Notes: generated from the sequence alone by a model not told the origin. DNA of 50,130 nt from Candidatus Tayloriibacteriota bacterium (GCA_009695005.1 SIBU01000004.1:1-50130); one strand, 5' to 3'. Shown: positions 33,386 through 43,500, counted from the first letter of the stretch. Program-made: numbers and translations.

Positions 33386-34654
33386 ATGAATTTCAAAAAA
33401 AAGGTTTTTAAGAACGGCGTACGATTTATTACCATTCCTATGAAAGAAAGTCCAACGGCTACGGTCATGGTGCTTGTTGAAGCTGGCTCGAAATATGAAA
33501 CAAAGAAAAATTCCGGAGTATCGCATTTTCTTGAGCATTTTTTGTTTAAGGGAACGTCCAAAAGGCCTAATCCCGTTGATATCTCGCGAGAGATGGATGC
33601 TTTGGGTGCTCAGTACAATGCCTTTACGGGTCAAGAGTATACCGGTTATTACGCCAAGGCTCATAAGGATAAGATTGAAAAAATTCTTGATGTGATTACC
33701 GATATGTACCTTAATCCTCTTCTTCCAGAGAAAGAATTTGAAAAAGAGCGAGGGGTTATCATTCAAGAAATTAATATGTATGAAGATGAGCCTATGCGTC
33801 ATGTTCAGGATTTGTTTATGGAACTTCTGTATGGTAATCAGCCAGCTGGATGGAATATTGCGGGTACCAAGGAAACCTTGGCAGGGATGACACAAAAAGA
33901 TATCGCGATTTATCGCAAGAAACATTATGTGGCGGAGGCTACAACGGTTGTGATTTCAGGTTCCTTTGATGAAAAGAAAATGGAAAATTTAGTTTCTAAA
34001 TTATTTTCTAAAATTCCAGGTGATCCTAAGCCTAAGAAATTGTCGGTAGTTGAAATTCAAAAAAAACCCAAAACTCTTGTTTCCCATAAAGAAACAGATC
34101 AAACACACATTGTGCTTGGTGTGAGAGCAATAAATACTTATGATGAAAAAGTTCCCGTTCTGAGGGTTTTAGGCACAGTTATGGGCGGAGGTATGAGTTC
34201 TCGATTGTTTGTTAGGTTGCGAGACGAGTTGGGGCTTTGTTATTACGTTTCAGCCAGTTCAGATTTGTATACCGATCACGGTGTGTTTCAAGTTTCGGCT
34301 GGTGTCGACACTTCTAAAGTATCGACTGCGATAGAAGCGATTATGGAAGAACTTCGACGTTTTGTTGCTGAACCTGTGCCGGAAGCGGAACTTCGCAAGG
34401 CCAAGGATTTTCTTATAGGTAATTTGTATTTAAGTCTGGAGACTTCCGATGAACTAGCTCAGTTTTATGGTATGCAGGAAGTTTTACGCAAAACTTTAAA
34501 AAACAGGGAACAGGTTGCGAAAAAAATTGAAAACGTAACTGTTGAGGATATCCGTGATATGGCAATAAAAATTTTTGTAGATTCCGGTTTAAATTTGGCG
34601 ATTGTCGGTCCGTTTAATGGTGAAAAACAATTCCTGCCCCTCCTTCATTTCTAA
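33386..34654 (+). CDS. M16 family zinc peptidase (pitrilysin/insulinase)
   Basis: Inverted zinc motif HFLEH, NAFTGQE, ERGVIIQE and MSSRLF..LR..LGLCY. Confidence 0.95.
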   Translation: MNFKKKVFKNGVRFITIPMKESPTATVMVLVEAGSKYETKKNSGVSHFLEHFLFKGTSKRPNPVDISREMDALGAQYNAFTGQEYTGYYAKAHKDKIEKILDVITDMYLNPLLPEKEFEKERGVIIQEINMYEDEPMRHVQDLFMELLYGNQPAGWNIAGTKETLAGMTQKDIAIYRKKHYVAEATTVVISGSFDEKKMENLVSKLFSKIPGDPKPKKLSVVEIQKKPKTLVSHKETDQTHIVLGVRAINTYDEKVPVLRVLGTVMGGGMSSRLFVRLRDELGLCYYVSASSDLYTDHGVFQVSAGVDTSKVSTAIEAIMEELRRFVAEPVPEAELRKAKDFLIGNLYLSLETSDELAQFYGMQEVLRKTLKNREQVAKKIENVTVEDIRDMAIKIFVDSGLNLAIVGPFNGEKQFLPLLHF

Positions 34655-34701
34655 TCGGAAACAGCTTCACTAGTCCTTGGTTTGGTGTTAACATACAAAA
34701 T

Positions 34702-35820
34702 ATGGACGGCTCCAATAAAGAAATACATCTGACTATTAAAACGGGCACTGTTGTTCAGGTATTGTTTATAGTAGTTCTTTGTTTTCTTTTTTATTACATT
34801 AGGGATTTGGTGATGGTGGTTTTGGCCTCAGTTATAATCGCTTCATCTATGGAACCTTTTACGGTTTGGTTTAGTAAGAGGCATGTTTCCAGACTTCCAG
34901 CTGTTATTTTGATATATCTTTTGTTGACCGGAATAATTTTTGGCATTTTCTATTTTTTCCTCCCTCCTTTGCTGAATGACACTTCCAATTTCCTTGCTTC
35001 TGCCCCAAAATATCTTGACTCGGTTGCCATTTGGGATCCACTCCAGAAAGATTCTTTGACTCAGTCAAAGGTGGCAGTTTTGAGTTTGTCGGAAAATATT
35101 ACGCAGTCCCGACAAGCGGTATCAGGTTTTTCATCCGGCCAGTCTCTTTCGGAAGTTGTTTCCAATGTCAGAACAGCGATCTCCAGTGTTTCTCAGGGTT
35201 TTATTGAGGCGTTAAGTCTAGTTTTCGGAGGAATTCTTAGTTCAATTTTAATTGTAGTTTTGTCGTTTTATTTAGCTGTTCAAGAGGATGGAGTTGGGGC
35301 TTTTCTAAATTTTGTTACGCCCGCGCGGCATGAAAAATATATAATCGGTTTATGGAAAAGGGTACAGCATAAAATAGGTCTTTGGATGCAAGGCCAATTG
35401 GTTCTCGCGCTTGTAGTCGGTCTTTTAGTTTATTTGGTTTTGGCTATTTTTGGACCAGCACTTCATGTCGGTAATCCTTTGGTTTTGGCCTTTCTAGCTG
35501 CGGCTCTTGAAACGATTCCTTTGTTCGGACCAATTTTAGCGTCGATTCCTGCTGTTACGGCCTCATACACAGAGGGGAGTTTGGCAACCGCTACCGTTGT
35601 TATTCTTATTTACCTCGTGATTCATCAACTGGAGAATAATTTAATTTATCCACTGGTGGTAAAAAAAATTGTTGGTGTACCGCCTATTCTTGTAATTCTC
35701 GCGCTTATCATAGGTTTCAAATTGGCAGGCTTTTTGGGTTTGGTTCTTTCTGTTCCGTTGGCTACGACCCTTATGGAATACTTAAACGATTTGCAAAAGA
35801 GTAAGCAAGTTGCAGGTTAA
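34702..35820 (+). CDS. AI-2E family transporter
   Basis: Multiple TMs, WMQGQL, IPLFGP, IHQLENNLIYP and GFLGLVLSVP. Confidence 0.92.
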   Translation: MDGSNKEIHLTIKTGTVVQVLFIVVLCFLFYYIRDLVMVVLASVIIASSMEPFTVWFSKRHVSRLPAVILIYLLLTGIIFGIFYFFLPPLLNDTSNFLASAPKYLDSVAIWDPLQKDSLTQSKVAVLSLSENITQSRQAVSGFSSGQSLSEVVSNVRTAISSVSQGFIEALSLVFGGILSSILIVVLSFYLAVQEDGVGAFLNFVTPARHEKYIIGLWKRVQHKIGLWMQGQLVLALVVGLLVYLVLAIFGPALHVGNPLVLAFLAAALETIPLFGPILASIPAVTASYTEGSLATATVVILIYLVIHQLENNLIYPLVVKKIVGVPPILVILALIIGFKLAGFLGLVLSVPLATTLMEYLNDLQKSKQVAG

Positions 35821-35899
35821 TTGCTAAACTGGGAACTAAATATTTTTTGATTTAAATTTCTTGTCTTGAGTTTGAACATCAGAAAATCGGAATTATTTT

Positions 35900-37327
35900 A
35901 TGAAAAAAAATTACTATATTACAACAACGATTCCATACGTTAACGCCGACCCTCATATAGGTTTTGCTTTAGAGGTTGTGCAAGCAGACATTATTGCTCG
36001 ATATAAAAAGCTGGCAGGTTTCGATGTGTTTTTTAATACAGGTACCGATGAACACGGTGTGAAAGTGTATCGAAAAGCGATGGAGCAAGGTGTTACTCCA
36101 CAGGCTTATGCCGACGAGTACGCGGAGAAGTACAAAAAGCTTTTACCAAAGTTAGGCATTTGCGAAGATGTTAATTTTATTCGCACTACCGATAAGCATC
36201 ACGTGCATTCGGCTCAGGAGTTTTGGAAGAAATGTTTTGATGCCGGTGATATTTACAAAAAGAATTATAAGATAAAGTATTGTATCGGTTGTGAGTTGGA
36301 AAAGACCGATTCGGAATTGTCGGAAGGGAAGTGCACTATTCATCCTAATTTGGAATTGGAAATTATTGAAGAAGAGAATTATTTCTTCAAGCTGTCAAAG
36401 TATACTGAAAAACTCTCGAAGCTTTTTGAGTCTGGAACATTTGTAGTTCCGGATTTTCGTTTGAATGAAATGCGTTCTCTTATTAAGGAAAAAGGACTTG
36501 AGGATTTTAGTGTCTCACGATTGAAGGATAAAATGCCTTGGGGTGTTCCAGTGCCAAATGACGATAAACACGTGATGTATGTGTGGTTTGACGCGTTTGT
36601 GAACTATATTTCGGCTATCGGCTGGCCCTCCGATATGGAGAAGTTTAATAAGTGGTGGCCCGTGGTGCAGTTTGCCGGTAAAGACCAAGTAAGACAGCAA
36701 GCGGTGATGTGGCAGGCGATGCTCATGTCTGTCGATATCGAGCCCTCAAAGCAGATTGTAATCCACGGTTTTATCACAAGCGGAGGAGAAAAAATGTCCA
36801 AGTCTTTGGGTAATGTTATCGATCCACTTTCCATAGTAGAAGAGTACGGAACCGACGCGCTCCGTTATTATCTGGCTCGGCACGTTCATCCTTTTGAGGA
36901 TAGTGATTTCACAATGGAGAGATTTAAGGAGGTTTATAATGCTAACCTCGCGAATGGATTGGGGAACCTGGTAAGCCGTGTCATGAAAATGGCGGAGACT
37001 AATTTGTCTGAACCAGTCAAAATTCCAAAAAGTGATTTTCCTGAAAATTTTAATGACGCTATGAGTCAATATGACATTCAGAAATCTGCGGACATTGTTT
37101 GGGCGCTCATCACTTCACTAGATGAAAAAATTCAAAAAACTGAGCCGTTTAAGTTGGTAAAAAACGACAAGAAAAAAGCGGAGGAAATTATTCGCGAATT
37201 GGTTATTGGTATATATAGCATTGCGTGTATCCTCGAGCCACTACTGTTTGAAACGTCAAAGAAAATTAAAAAATCAGTTAAGGAAAATAAAATGCCAACG
37301 GAGTCTTTATTTCCTAGAAAGGAATAG
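35900..37327 (+). CDS. metG: Methionine--tRNA ligase (short monomeric form)
   Basis: YVNADPHIG, TGTDEHG, YVWFDA and KMSKSLGN. Confidence 0.96.
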   Translation: MKKNYYITTTIPYVNADPHIGFALEVVQADIIARYKKLAGFDVFFNTGTDEHGVKVYRKAMEQGVTPQAYADEYAEKYKKLLPKLGICEDVNFIRTTDKHHVHSAQEFWKKCFDAGDIYKKNYKIKYCIGCELEKTDSELSEGKCTIHPNLELEIIEEENYFFKLSKYTEKLSKLFESGTFVVPDFRLNEMRSLIKEKGLEDFSVSRLKDKMPWGVPVPNDDKHVMYVWFDAFVNYISAIGWPSDMEKFNKWWPVVQFAGKDQVRQQAVMWQAMLMSVDIEPSKQIVIHGFITSGGEKMSKSLGNVIDPLSIVEEYGTDALRYYLARHVHPFEDSDFTMERFKEVYNANLANGLGNLVSRVMKMAETNLSEPVKIPKSDFPENFNDAMSQYDIQKSADIVWALITSLDEKIQKTEPFKLVKNDKKKAEEIIRELVIGIYSIACILEPLLFETSKKIKKSVKENKMPTESLFPRKE

Positions 37328-37412
37328 CAATTATAAACCCATCGAGTGGCGGAACGAAGAGTGAGAGTGTGCTTTTAACGGTGGTTTTTCTATGCTACTC
37401 TTTCCGCACTAT

Positions 37413-38693
37413 ATGGACAAAAGTTTTCTACGTTTCAGGACAGCCGTTGAGTATATAGACAGTCTTTCTAACCTGCCTTTGTTTGACGACTATATGTCTG
37501 GCACTGCCAAGCCTCATCCGGAGATTTTTATTAAGCGTATGAAATATTTTTTGGATTTACTTGGAAATCCTGAGCGAGGTTTTAAGTTCATACACATTAC
37601 AGGCACTTCAGGGAAGGGAACTGTGGCGACCATGGTTCACAACGGTTTGGTTGCTTCCGGAAAAACTTGTGGGCTTTTCACTTCGCCTTACGTTGTAAGT
37701 CCTATTGAAAAAATTCAGATCAATGATTTGTATATTTCTCCAGACGAATTCGCTGATATTTTCGAAGAGATAAAACCTTATATCGATAGGGCATATATTT
37801 CCGGCGAGTTTGGCCAGCCTTCATATTTTGAAATTTACTTGGCGATGGCATTTGTGTACTTCAAGCAAAAAAAATGCGAGTGGGTAGTGCTTGAAGTTGG
37901 TTGTGGTGGAAGATATGACGCTACCAATATCATCCCGGCTCCTGTGGCGAGTGCTATCACATGTATTGATTACGATCACACAGAAGTGTTGGGAAAAACT
38001 CTTAAAAAAATTACGTTAGACAAGGCAGGTATCATCAAAAAAGGTTCAAAGTTTTTTACTGCCGAAACTCGCCCTTCTTTAAGAAAAATATTTAGGGAAG
38101 TTTGTTTGAATGACGGCGCTTCATTTGCTGAGGTTTCTCCGAAGGCCGGCGATGATTCTAATTCAGTACTCGCGGAAACTCTTCTGCGCTCAATCGGTGT
38201 TTTGGATATTTTTATTAAAAAAGGAATAGAGTCTACAAAATTACCTGCCAGGTTTGAAATTATGGAACGAAAACCCCTTGTAATAATCGACGGAGCACAC
38301 AATCGTTCAAAAGTGGCGCATACCGTTGAGTTGCTCAAAAAGCAAAAGTATCAAAAACTAATTTTGATTTTAGCTATTGCTCATGATAAAGACAGTAAAG
38401 ATACTTTCTCTCAAATTGTGCCTTTGGCCGATAAGATCTTCCTAACAAGATTTTTGGCTATGGGTAGAAAGCCCTCTCCACCCGTGCGCTTGATGAAAGA
38501 ATTAAAACCTTACCTTAAATCTGGAGCCTCAGTTGAAATTTTTCTCGACTCGCAAGATGCTTATCGTAAAGCACAAGGTTTGTCGACCGATGATGATTGT
38601 ATTTTGGTCACCGGGTCATTTTATCTTGCCGGGGAACTTCGCAAGAGATGGTTTCAGGAAGAGGTGGTTGCTCGGACACGCAGAAGCTTTTAA
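37413..38693 (+). CDS. folC: Folylpolyglutamate/dihydrofolate synthase
   Basis: HITGTSGKGT, FTSPY, EVGCGGRYDATN, DGAHN and VTGSFYLAG. Start moved to ATG 37413 because an extended -10 (TGcTACTCT, 37393-37401) overlaps the upstream ATG 37392. Confidence 0.9.
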   Translation: MDKSFLRFRTAVEYIDSLSNLPLFDDYMSGTAKPHPEIFIKRMKYFLDLLGNPERGFKFIHITGTSGKGTVATMVHNGLVASGKTCGLFTSPYVVSPIEKIQINDLYISPDEFADIFEEIKPYIDRAYISGEFGQPSYFEIYLAMAFVYFKQKKCEWVVLEVGCGGRYDATNIIPAPVASAITCIDYDHTEVLGKTLKKITLDKAGIIKKGSKFFTAETRPSLRKIFREVCLNDGASFAEVSPKAGDDSNSVLAETLLRSIGVLDIFIKKGIESTKLPARFEIMERKPLVIIDGAHNRSKVAHTVELLKKQKYQKLILILAIAHDKDSKDTFSQIVPLADKIFLTRFLAMGRKPSPPVRLMKELKPYLKSGASVEIFLDSQDAYRKAQGLSTDDDCILVTGSFYLAGELRKRWFQEEVVARTRRSF

Positions 38694-38713
38694 GGCCGTG
38701 ATATAATTTTATT

Positions 38714-39577
38714 ATGTTTGATTATATCGATGTACACTCCCACGTTAATTTTAACGCTTTTGATGTTGATCGGGATGAGACTATTAAACGTGCACTCGAT
38801 GCTGGTGTTTATGTTATTAATGTTGGTACTCAACAAGATACCTCAAAGAAGGCGGTTGAAATGGCCGAAAAATATGAACGGGGAGTGTATGCCATTGTCG
38901 GTCTTCATCCGGTTCACACAGGAAAATCTTTTCACGATGTTAAAGAGTTGGGAGAAGGGAATCGCGAGTTCACTTCTCGCGGAGAGGTTTTTGATAAAAA
39001 TTATTATTTAGAATTGGCTAGGCATCCGAAAGTTGTCGGAATAGGGGAATGCGGACTGGATTATTACAGATTTAAGATTGAAGATTTAAGTTGGAAGAAA
39101 GAATTGGAGAAGCAGGAGGAAACATTTCGAAAGCACATTGAATTGGCGATTGAGGTAGGCAAGCCACTTATGCTCCATGTTCGTAACGGGGGAGGCCGCT
39201 CGGCTTATCGTGACTCTCTTTCTATTCTTAAATCTTACAACTTTAATCTTAAATCTTCCCCAGGAGACTTCCATTTTTTTGCCGGCTCGTGGGAGGAAGC
39301 CAAAGAGATTCTTGATGCCGGTTTTAATCTCTCGTTCACCGGGGTCATCACTTTTGCTCGCGATTATGATGAGGTAATTAAAAACACTCCACTCGACCGA
39401 ATAATGACCGAAACAGACAGTCCTTACGTGTCACCAGTTCCTTATAGGGGTAAGCGTAACGAACCTCTGTATGTTCAGGAAGTCGTAAAGGCTATTGCCA
39501 ACATTAGAAATGAGAACTTTGAAATAGTCAAAAAACAGCTAGTTGCAAATGCAATAAGATTTTTCAGTCTTTTTTAA
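38714..39577 (+). CDS. tatD: TatD family hydrolase/DNase
   Basis: DVHSH, GLHP, GIGECGLDYY, LMLHVR and ETDSPY. Confidence 0.93.
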   Translation: MFDYIDVHSHVNFNAFDVDRDETIKRALDAGVYVINVGTQQDTSKKAVEMAEKYERGVYAIVGLHPVHTGKSFHDVKELGEGNREFTSRGEVFDKNYYLELARHPKVVGIGECGLDYYRFKIEDLSWKKELEKQEETFRKHIELAIEVGKPLMLHVRNGGGRSAYRDSLSILKSYNFNLKSSPGDFHFFAGSWEEAKEILDAGFNLSFTGVITFARDYDEVIKNTPLDRIMTETDSPYVSPVPYRGKRNEPLYVQEVVKAIANIRNENFEIVKKQLVANAIRFFSLF

Positions 39578-39663
39578 GCGTGTTTCTGGTTGCTTGTGGC
39601 TATTTTGTTGGCTATTTACGCTTGCTCTTGCGCGAGTAGGACGGCTGTGCTAGTCTGTAACGC

Positions 39664-40161
39664 ATGACCGAAAAGATTCAAGTAGAGCAAGCAGAAAACC
39701 GAATTTACGAGTTGGGCTATCTTGTCGTCTCGTCAATTCCTGAGGAAAAACTTCCTGCTGAAGTTACTATAATTAAAGATTTGTTGGAAACTAATGGAGC
39801 AGTTTTTGTTTCCGAAGAGTCGCCAAGGCTTAAGCCTTTGGCCTACCAGATGACTAAAATTGTAGGACCTAAGCATCTCAAATTTGATACCGCTTACTTT
39901 GGTTGGGTAAAGTTTGAAATGAATCCAGTTTCCGTTGAAGTCGTTAAGAAGACCTTAGAGCGCAATGATAGTGTAATTCGATTTATTCTTGTGAAAACTG
40001 TTCGAGAAAATACTATGTCTGTTATTAAGGCTCCAAATTATCGCTCTGAAGAGAAGTCGATTCCTGGAATTGGCACGGATGCAAAAAAGGAAGTTGTCGT
40101 TAAGTCACCAATGACAGAAGCCGAACTTGATAAGACAATTGAACAGCTTATCGTTGAATAA
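39664..40161 (+). CDS. rpsF: 30S ribosomal protein S6 with C-terminal extension
   Basis: YELGYL, LAYQM and VIRFILVK; first gene of rpsF-ssb-rpsR. Confidence 0.9.
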   Translation: MTEKIQVEQAENRIYELGYLVVSSIPEEKLPAEVTIIKDLLETNGAVFVSEESPRLKPLAYQMTKIVGPKHLKFDTAYFGWVKFEMNPVSVEVVKKTLERNDSVIRFILVKTVRENTMSVIKAPNYRSEEKSIPGIGTDAKKEVVVKSPMTEAELDKTIEQLIVE

Positions 40162-40163
40162 AA

Positions 40164-40628
40164 ATGTATTTAAATAAAGCAATAATTATTGGTAATTTAA
40201 CACGAGAGCCTGAGATGAGGGCGTTGCCAAGTGGAATTCAGGTTTGCAGTTTCAGTGTTGCTACCAACCGAGTTTGGAAAGATAAAGAGGGTAACAAGAA
40301 GGAGCAAGCAGATTTTCATAACATTGTGGTATTTGGGAGACAAGCTGAGACAGCCGGACAGTATTTAAAGAAAGGTCAATCAGTACTTGTTGAAGGAAGA
40401 ATTCAGACCCGAAGTTGGGATGACAAGGAGGGTTCAAAGAAATATCGAACAGAGATTGTAGCTGATAGGGTCCAGTTTGGACCAAAGGCTGGAGCAGCTC
40501 CTTCGGGCGGTGGAGGAAGTTATGGAGGTTCTAAGTCGGACGCAGGAGGTTCTTCCGGTCCAGCAGAACCGGCAGGAGGTATTGAATACCCAACAGACGA
40601 GATTAACCCAGAAGACATTCCATTTTAA
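40164..40628 (+). CDS. ssb: Single-stranded DNA-binding protein
   Basis: [33 protein letters not shown] and acidic tail EDIPF. Confidence 0.97.
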   Translation: MYLNKAIIIGNLTREPEMRALPSGIQVCSFSVATNRVWKDKEGNKKEQADFHNIVVFGRQAETAGQYLKKGQSVLVEGRIQTRSWDDKEGSKKYRTEIVADRVQFGPKAGAAPSGGGGSYGGSKSDAGGSSGPAEPAGGIEYPTDEINPEDIPF

Positions 40629-40638
40629 TTACAAAAAT

Positions 40639-40839
40639 ATGAAACAGTGTTACTTTTCACAAAATAATATCAAGTACATAGACTACAAGGATGTGGAGCT
40701 TTTGAAAAAGTTTCTTAATCCTCATGCTCGTATGTTGTCCCGTAAGAAGACCGGTGTTACCGCTAAGAACCAGCGAAAGCTCGCCGAAGCTGTTAAGCGC
40801 GCACGTGTTATGGGACTTTTGCCTTTCGTTTCTAGATAG
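40639..40839 (+). CDS. rpsR: 30S ribosomal protein S18
   Basis: [18 protein letters not shown] and AVKRAR..GLLPF. True start is ATG 40639. Confidence 0.95.
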   Translation: MKQCYFSQNNIKYIDYKDVELLKKFLNPHARMLSRKKTGVTAKNQRKLAEAVKRARVMGLLPFVSR

Positions 40840-40873
40840 TTTCGGTATTATTTCTGAGTTATTTTATATTTTT

Positions 40874-41149
40874 ATGGCTGAGAATTTAGATGGAAATAAT
40901 AGAGAAGCAGCCTATTTGGAAGCTGTGGGGAGCGAAGATTTTGATAAATTCAGTGCTTTTCTCGCCACTTTACCTGATGATGCTTCAAGAATCAAGGTTG
41001 TAGGGGATGCTATTATCCGGATGGATAAAAAAGCTGTAAAACCTTTGAACCCTTTTCTAACTCCCCATGAAGCATCACGTAGGAATGAGGGAGCCTTTGT
41101 TGTCAGGTTGGATCAGCTGGAGCGTGATTTAAAATACGGTCCTAAATAA
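40874..41149 (+). CDS. Small hypothetical protein (91 aa)
   Basis: Start ATG 40874 after rpsR; helical, charged sequence ending before a terminator. Confidence 0.55.
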   Translation: MAENLDGNNREAAYLEAVGSEDFDKFSAFLATLPDDASRIKVVGDAIIRMDKKAVKPLNPFLTPHEASRRNEGAFVVRLDQLERDLKYGPK

Positions 41150-41181
41150 TTAAGGTACTACAGGTCGAGGTATTGGTATTT

Positions 41182-41215
41182 AAAAACTCCCGAGGACAAT
41201 CCTCGAGAGTTTTTT
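41182..41215. terminator. Bidirectional terminator between the 40874 ORF and efp
   Basis: AAAAACTCCCGAGG/CCTCGAGAGTTTTT stem, immediately followed by a heptamer array at 41222-41242. Confidence 0.8.
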
Positions 41216-41247
41216 GTTACTTAAATCTTTAATCTTTAATCTGACAA

Positions 41248-41817
41248 CTAGTTCACTCTTTCCACATAATCTCCTGTTTCTGTGTTCACTCGGATGATTT
41301 CTCCTTGATTGATGAACATCGGGACGTTTACAGTTGCGCCGGTTTCGAGTGTGACGGTCTTTGTACCACCCTGGACGGTGTTTCCCTTCACTGCATCAGC
41401 AGCTTCGGTAACTTTAAGCTCTACCTTTATAGGGAGCTTGAAACCGACATGTCTGTCTTGAAATGAAAGTATTTGTAATATAGTGTTTGGTTTGAGAAAT
41501 TTTCCTTGAGGTCCGACAAGCTCTTCTTTCATGGCATAGCGTTTTGTGGGGTCAGCAGGATCTGAGAACCAGAATTCGCCACGATTACTGTAAAGAAATT
41601 TCGCATCTCGTGAATCAATTTCCGCTTCTTCCACCTTTTCAGAGACGTGAAAAGAAATTTCCTTGACCGATCCAGAGATAAGATTTTTCAACTTAGTCGC
41701 GTTAACCGGTTTTCGCTGTTGCTTGCGGAAAACATGCGACGTCAAAACTTCATACGGTTCTTTTTCGTAAATGATGTACTTTCGCTCTTTGATCTCGTTG
41801 TATTCCAAAAGACTCAT
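41248..41817 (-). CDS. efp: Elongation factor P
   Basis: KLKNLISG, TLETGATVNVPMFINQGEIIRVNTETGDYVER. Start placed at ATG 41817. Confidence 0.93.
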   Translation of the reverse strand: MSLLEYNEIKERKYIIYEKEPYEVLTSHVFRKQQRKPVNATKLKNLISGSVKEISFHVSEKVEEAEIDSRDAKFLYSNRGEFWFSDPADPTKRYAMKEELVGPQGKFLKPNTILQILSFQDRHVGFKLPIKVELKVTEAADAVKGNTVQGGTKTVTLETGATVNVPMFINQGEIIRVNTETGDYVERVN

Positions 41818-41967
41818 GGTATTCCTGCGTTTAATCAATAATAGAGGGCATTCTAACCAATAGGAGTAAAAAAGTCCAGACTGCTATTGACGTTCTTATA
41901 TTTTTATATATAATACAAAACGGTTAAAATAAACTTTTCGATTAGAGAAAAGAGAAAGACAAAAAAT

Positions 41968-42213
41968 ATGGACATCAGAAGTCAGTTGCTTCAGGGCGCG
42001 TCCGCTACGGACCTTGCTCGAAGATACGGGTTAGAGGTTGTACGCGATGAGATTGAAGAAATGATTAGCCACGATCTGGCTGATCGAGCGCTTAACGCTG
42101 CCATCAGTCTCCGTAACGACGTTCTCATTCAGATGGCAGCTCGCGTCATATTATGTAGTGGAAGCTACGGGGAAGGGGCAAATACGCTTGCCAAACAACA
42201 CTCCCGTGCTTAG
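41968..42213 (+). CDS. Small hypothetical protein (81 aa)
   Basis: Own promoter TTGACG (41887-41892) -16- TATAAT (41909-41914) and a GTAGC/GCTAC hairpin with T run downstream. Confidence 0.55.
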   Translation: MDIRSQLLQGASATDLARRYGLEVVRDEIEEMISHDLADRALNAAISLRNDVLIQMAARVILCSGSYGEGANTLAKQHSRA

Positions 42214-42391
42214 TGTATCCGTACCAAAATGGTAGCTCTTCATTGGCTACTGTTTTTTTTGAAAAGAATTGGTCCGATAGGAACCATATTAATTTGCAAA
42301 AGATTTTATTACATCGCCATTACAACATCGGGAACGTCTTTCCATGTTAAGCAAATCACGCACCTACCGTCCAAATTACACAAAGGGTGTT

Positions 42392-43495
42392 TTATTCTCC
42401 TGTTTCTTCGCCTCCGTTTCCACCTGTGCCGGTAAAGTCACCGTCTTTGAGACGCTTTTTAATTTCCTTTAGGATTTCATCAGCTACCTTTTTATTTTCC
42501 TTGAGGAATTGGCGGGTGGCGTCATAACCACGGCCAAGTTTAAGATTTTCAACTTTTTCTCCCTTTTTGTCAGATTTTTGTACAGGTGTATATTCATATG
42601 ACTGCCCAACCTTTTTTATGAGAAGCATCTTCTCACCGAGTGCGATGATTTCTCCTTCACGAGAAATACCTTCGTTGTACATGAGGTCAAACTCCGTTTG
42701 TTTAAAAGGAGCGGCCACTTTGTTCTTCACTACTTTCACGCGAATGCGGCCTCCCATAATTTCTTCACCCTTTTTGATTTGAGCTATTCGTCTGATGTCT
42801 AGACGTACGGATGTGTAGAACTTAAGCGCCTTGCCTCCTGGGGTTGTCTCTGGATTGCCGAACATCACGCCGATTTGCATGCGGATTTGGTTGATGAAGA
42901 TGACGATAGTTTTCGACTTGGCGACAATGGCTGTCAGCTTTCGAAGGGCTTGTGACATAAGGCGAGCTTGCTTGCCGACATGAGATTGTCCCATATCACC
43001 TTCGATTTCGTCTTTGGGGGTCAGGGCTGCCACCGAGTCGATAACTATTACGTCGAGTTTGCCAGAACGCACAAGTGATTCCACAATCTCGAGCGCTTGC
43101 TCGCCTGTGTCCGGTTGGGAAATGAGAAGTTCGTCTATTTTTACACCGAGACGTTTGGAGTATTCAGGGTCCATAGCGTGTTCGGCATCAATGAAAGCGC
43201 AGATGCCACCTTTTTTTTGAGCTTCAGCAATGACATGAAGGCAGAGTGTTGTTTTACCTGAAGATTCAGGGCCGAATATTTCAATGATACGTCCACGAGG
43301 GAGGCCACCAACACCTAGCGCTGAGTCCAGACCGATTGAGCCGGTGGAAACGGCATTGATGTCCACACGGGGCTTCTCTCCAAGTTTCATGATGGAATCC
43401 TCACCGAATTTTGTCTTTATAGCGTTAAGAGTGTCCTCAATACTTGAGCTTGTGGTTTTTAACTCCTTTTCTTTTTTTGGTTTTCCGAATGCCAT
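42392..43495 (-). CDS. recA: Recombinase A
   Basis: [25 protein letters not shown] and [12 protein letters not shown]. Confidence 0.98.
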   Translation of the reverse strand: MAFGKPKKEKELKTTSSSIEDTLNAIKTKFGEDSIMKLGEKPRVDINAVSTGSIGLDSALGVGGLPRGRIIEIFGPESSGKTTLCLHVIAEAQKKGGICAFIDAEHAMDPEYSKRLGVKIDELLISQPDTGEQALEIVESLVRSGKLDVIVIDSVAALTPKDEIEGDMGQSHVGKQARLMSQALRKLTAIVAKSKTIVIFINQIRMQIGVMFGNPETTPGGKALKFYTSVRLDIRRIAQIKKGEEIMGGRIRVKVVKNKVAAPFKQTEFDLMYNEGISREGEIIALGEKMLLIKKVGQSYEYTPVQKSDKKGEKVENLKLGRGYDATRQFLKENKKVADEILKEIKKRLKDGDFTGTGGNGGEETGE

Positions 43496-43500
43496 ATGAA

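Noticed and set aside
33365-33925. Long antisense or alternate-frame ORFs overlapping housekeeping genes (also 393-626, 1116-1457, 3678-3995, 24645-25055, 45747-46190 and others)
   Set aside because: They fully overlap well-supported CDSs, have biased low-complexity composition and show no family motifs.
42392-43495. Intein or intron in recA
   Set aside because: Length (367 aa) and motifs are continuous; only a short charged loop insertion near the C-terminus.
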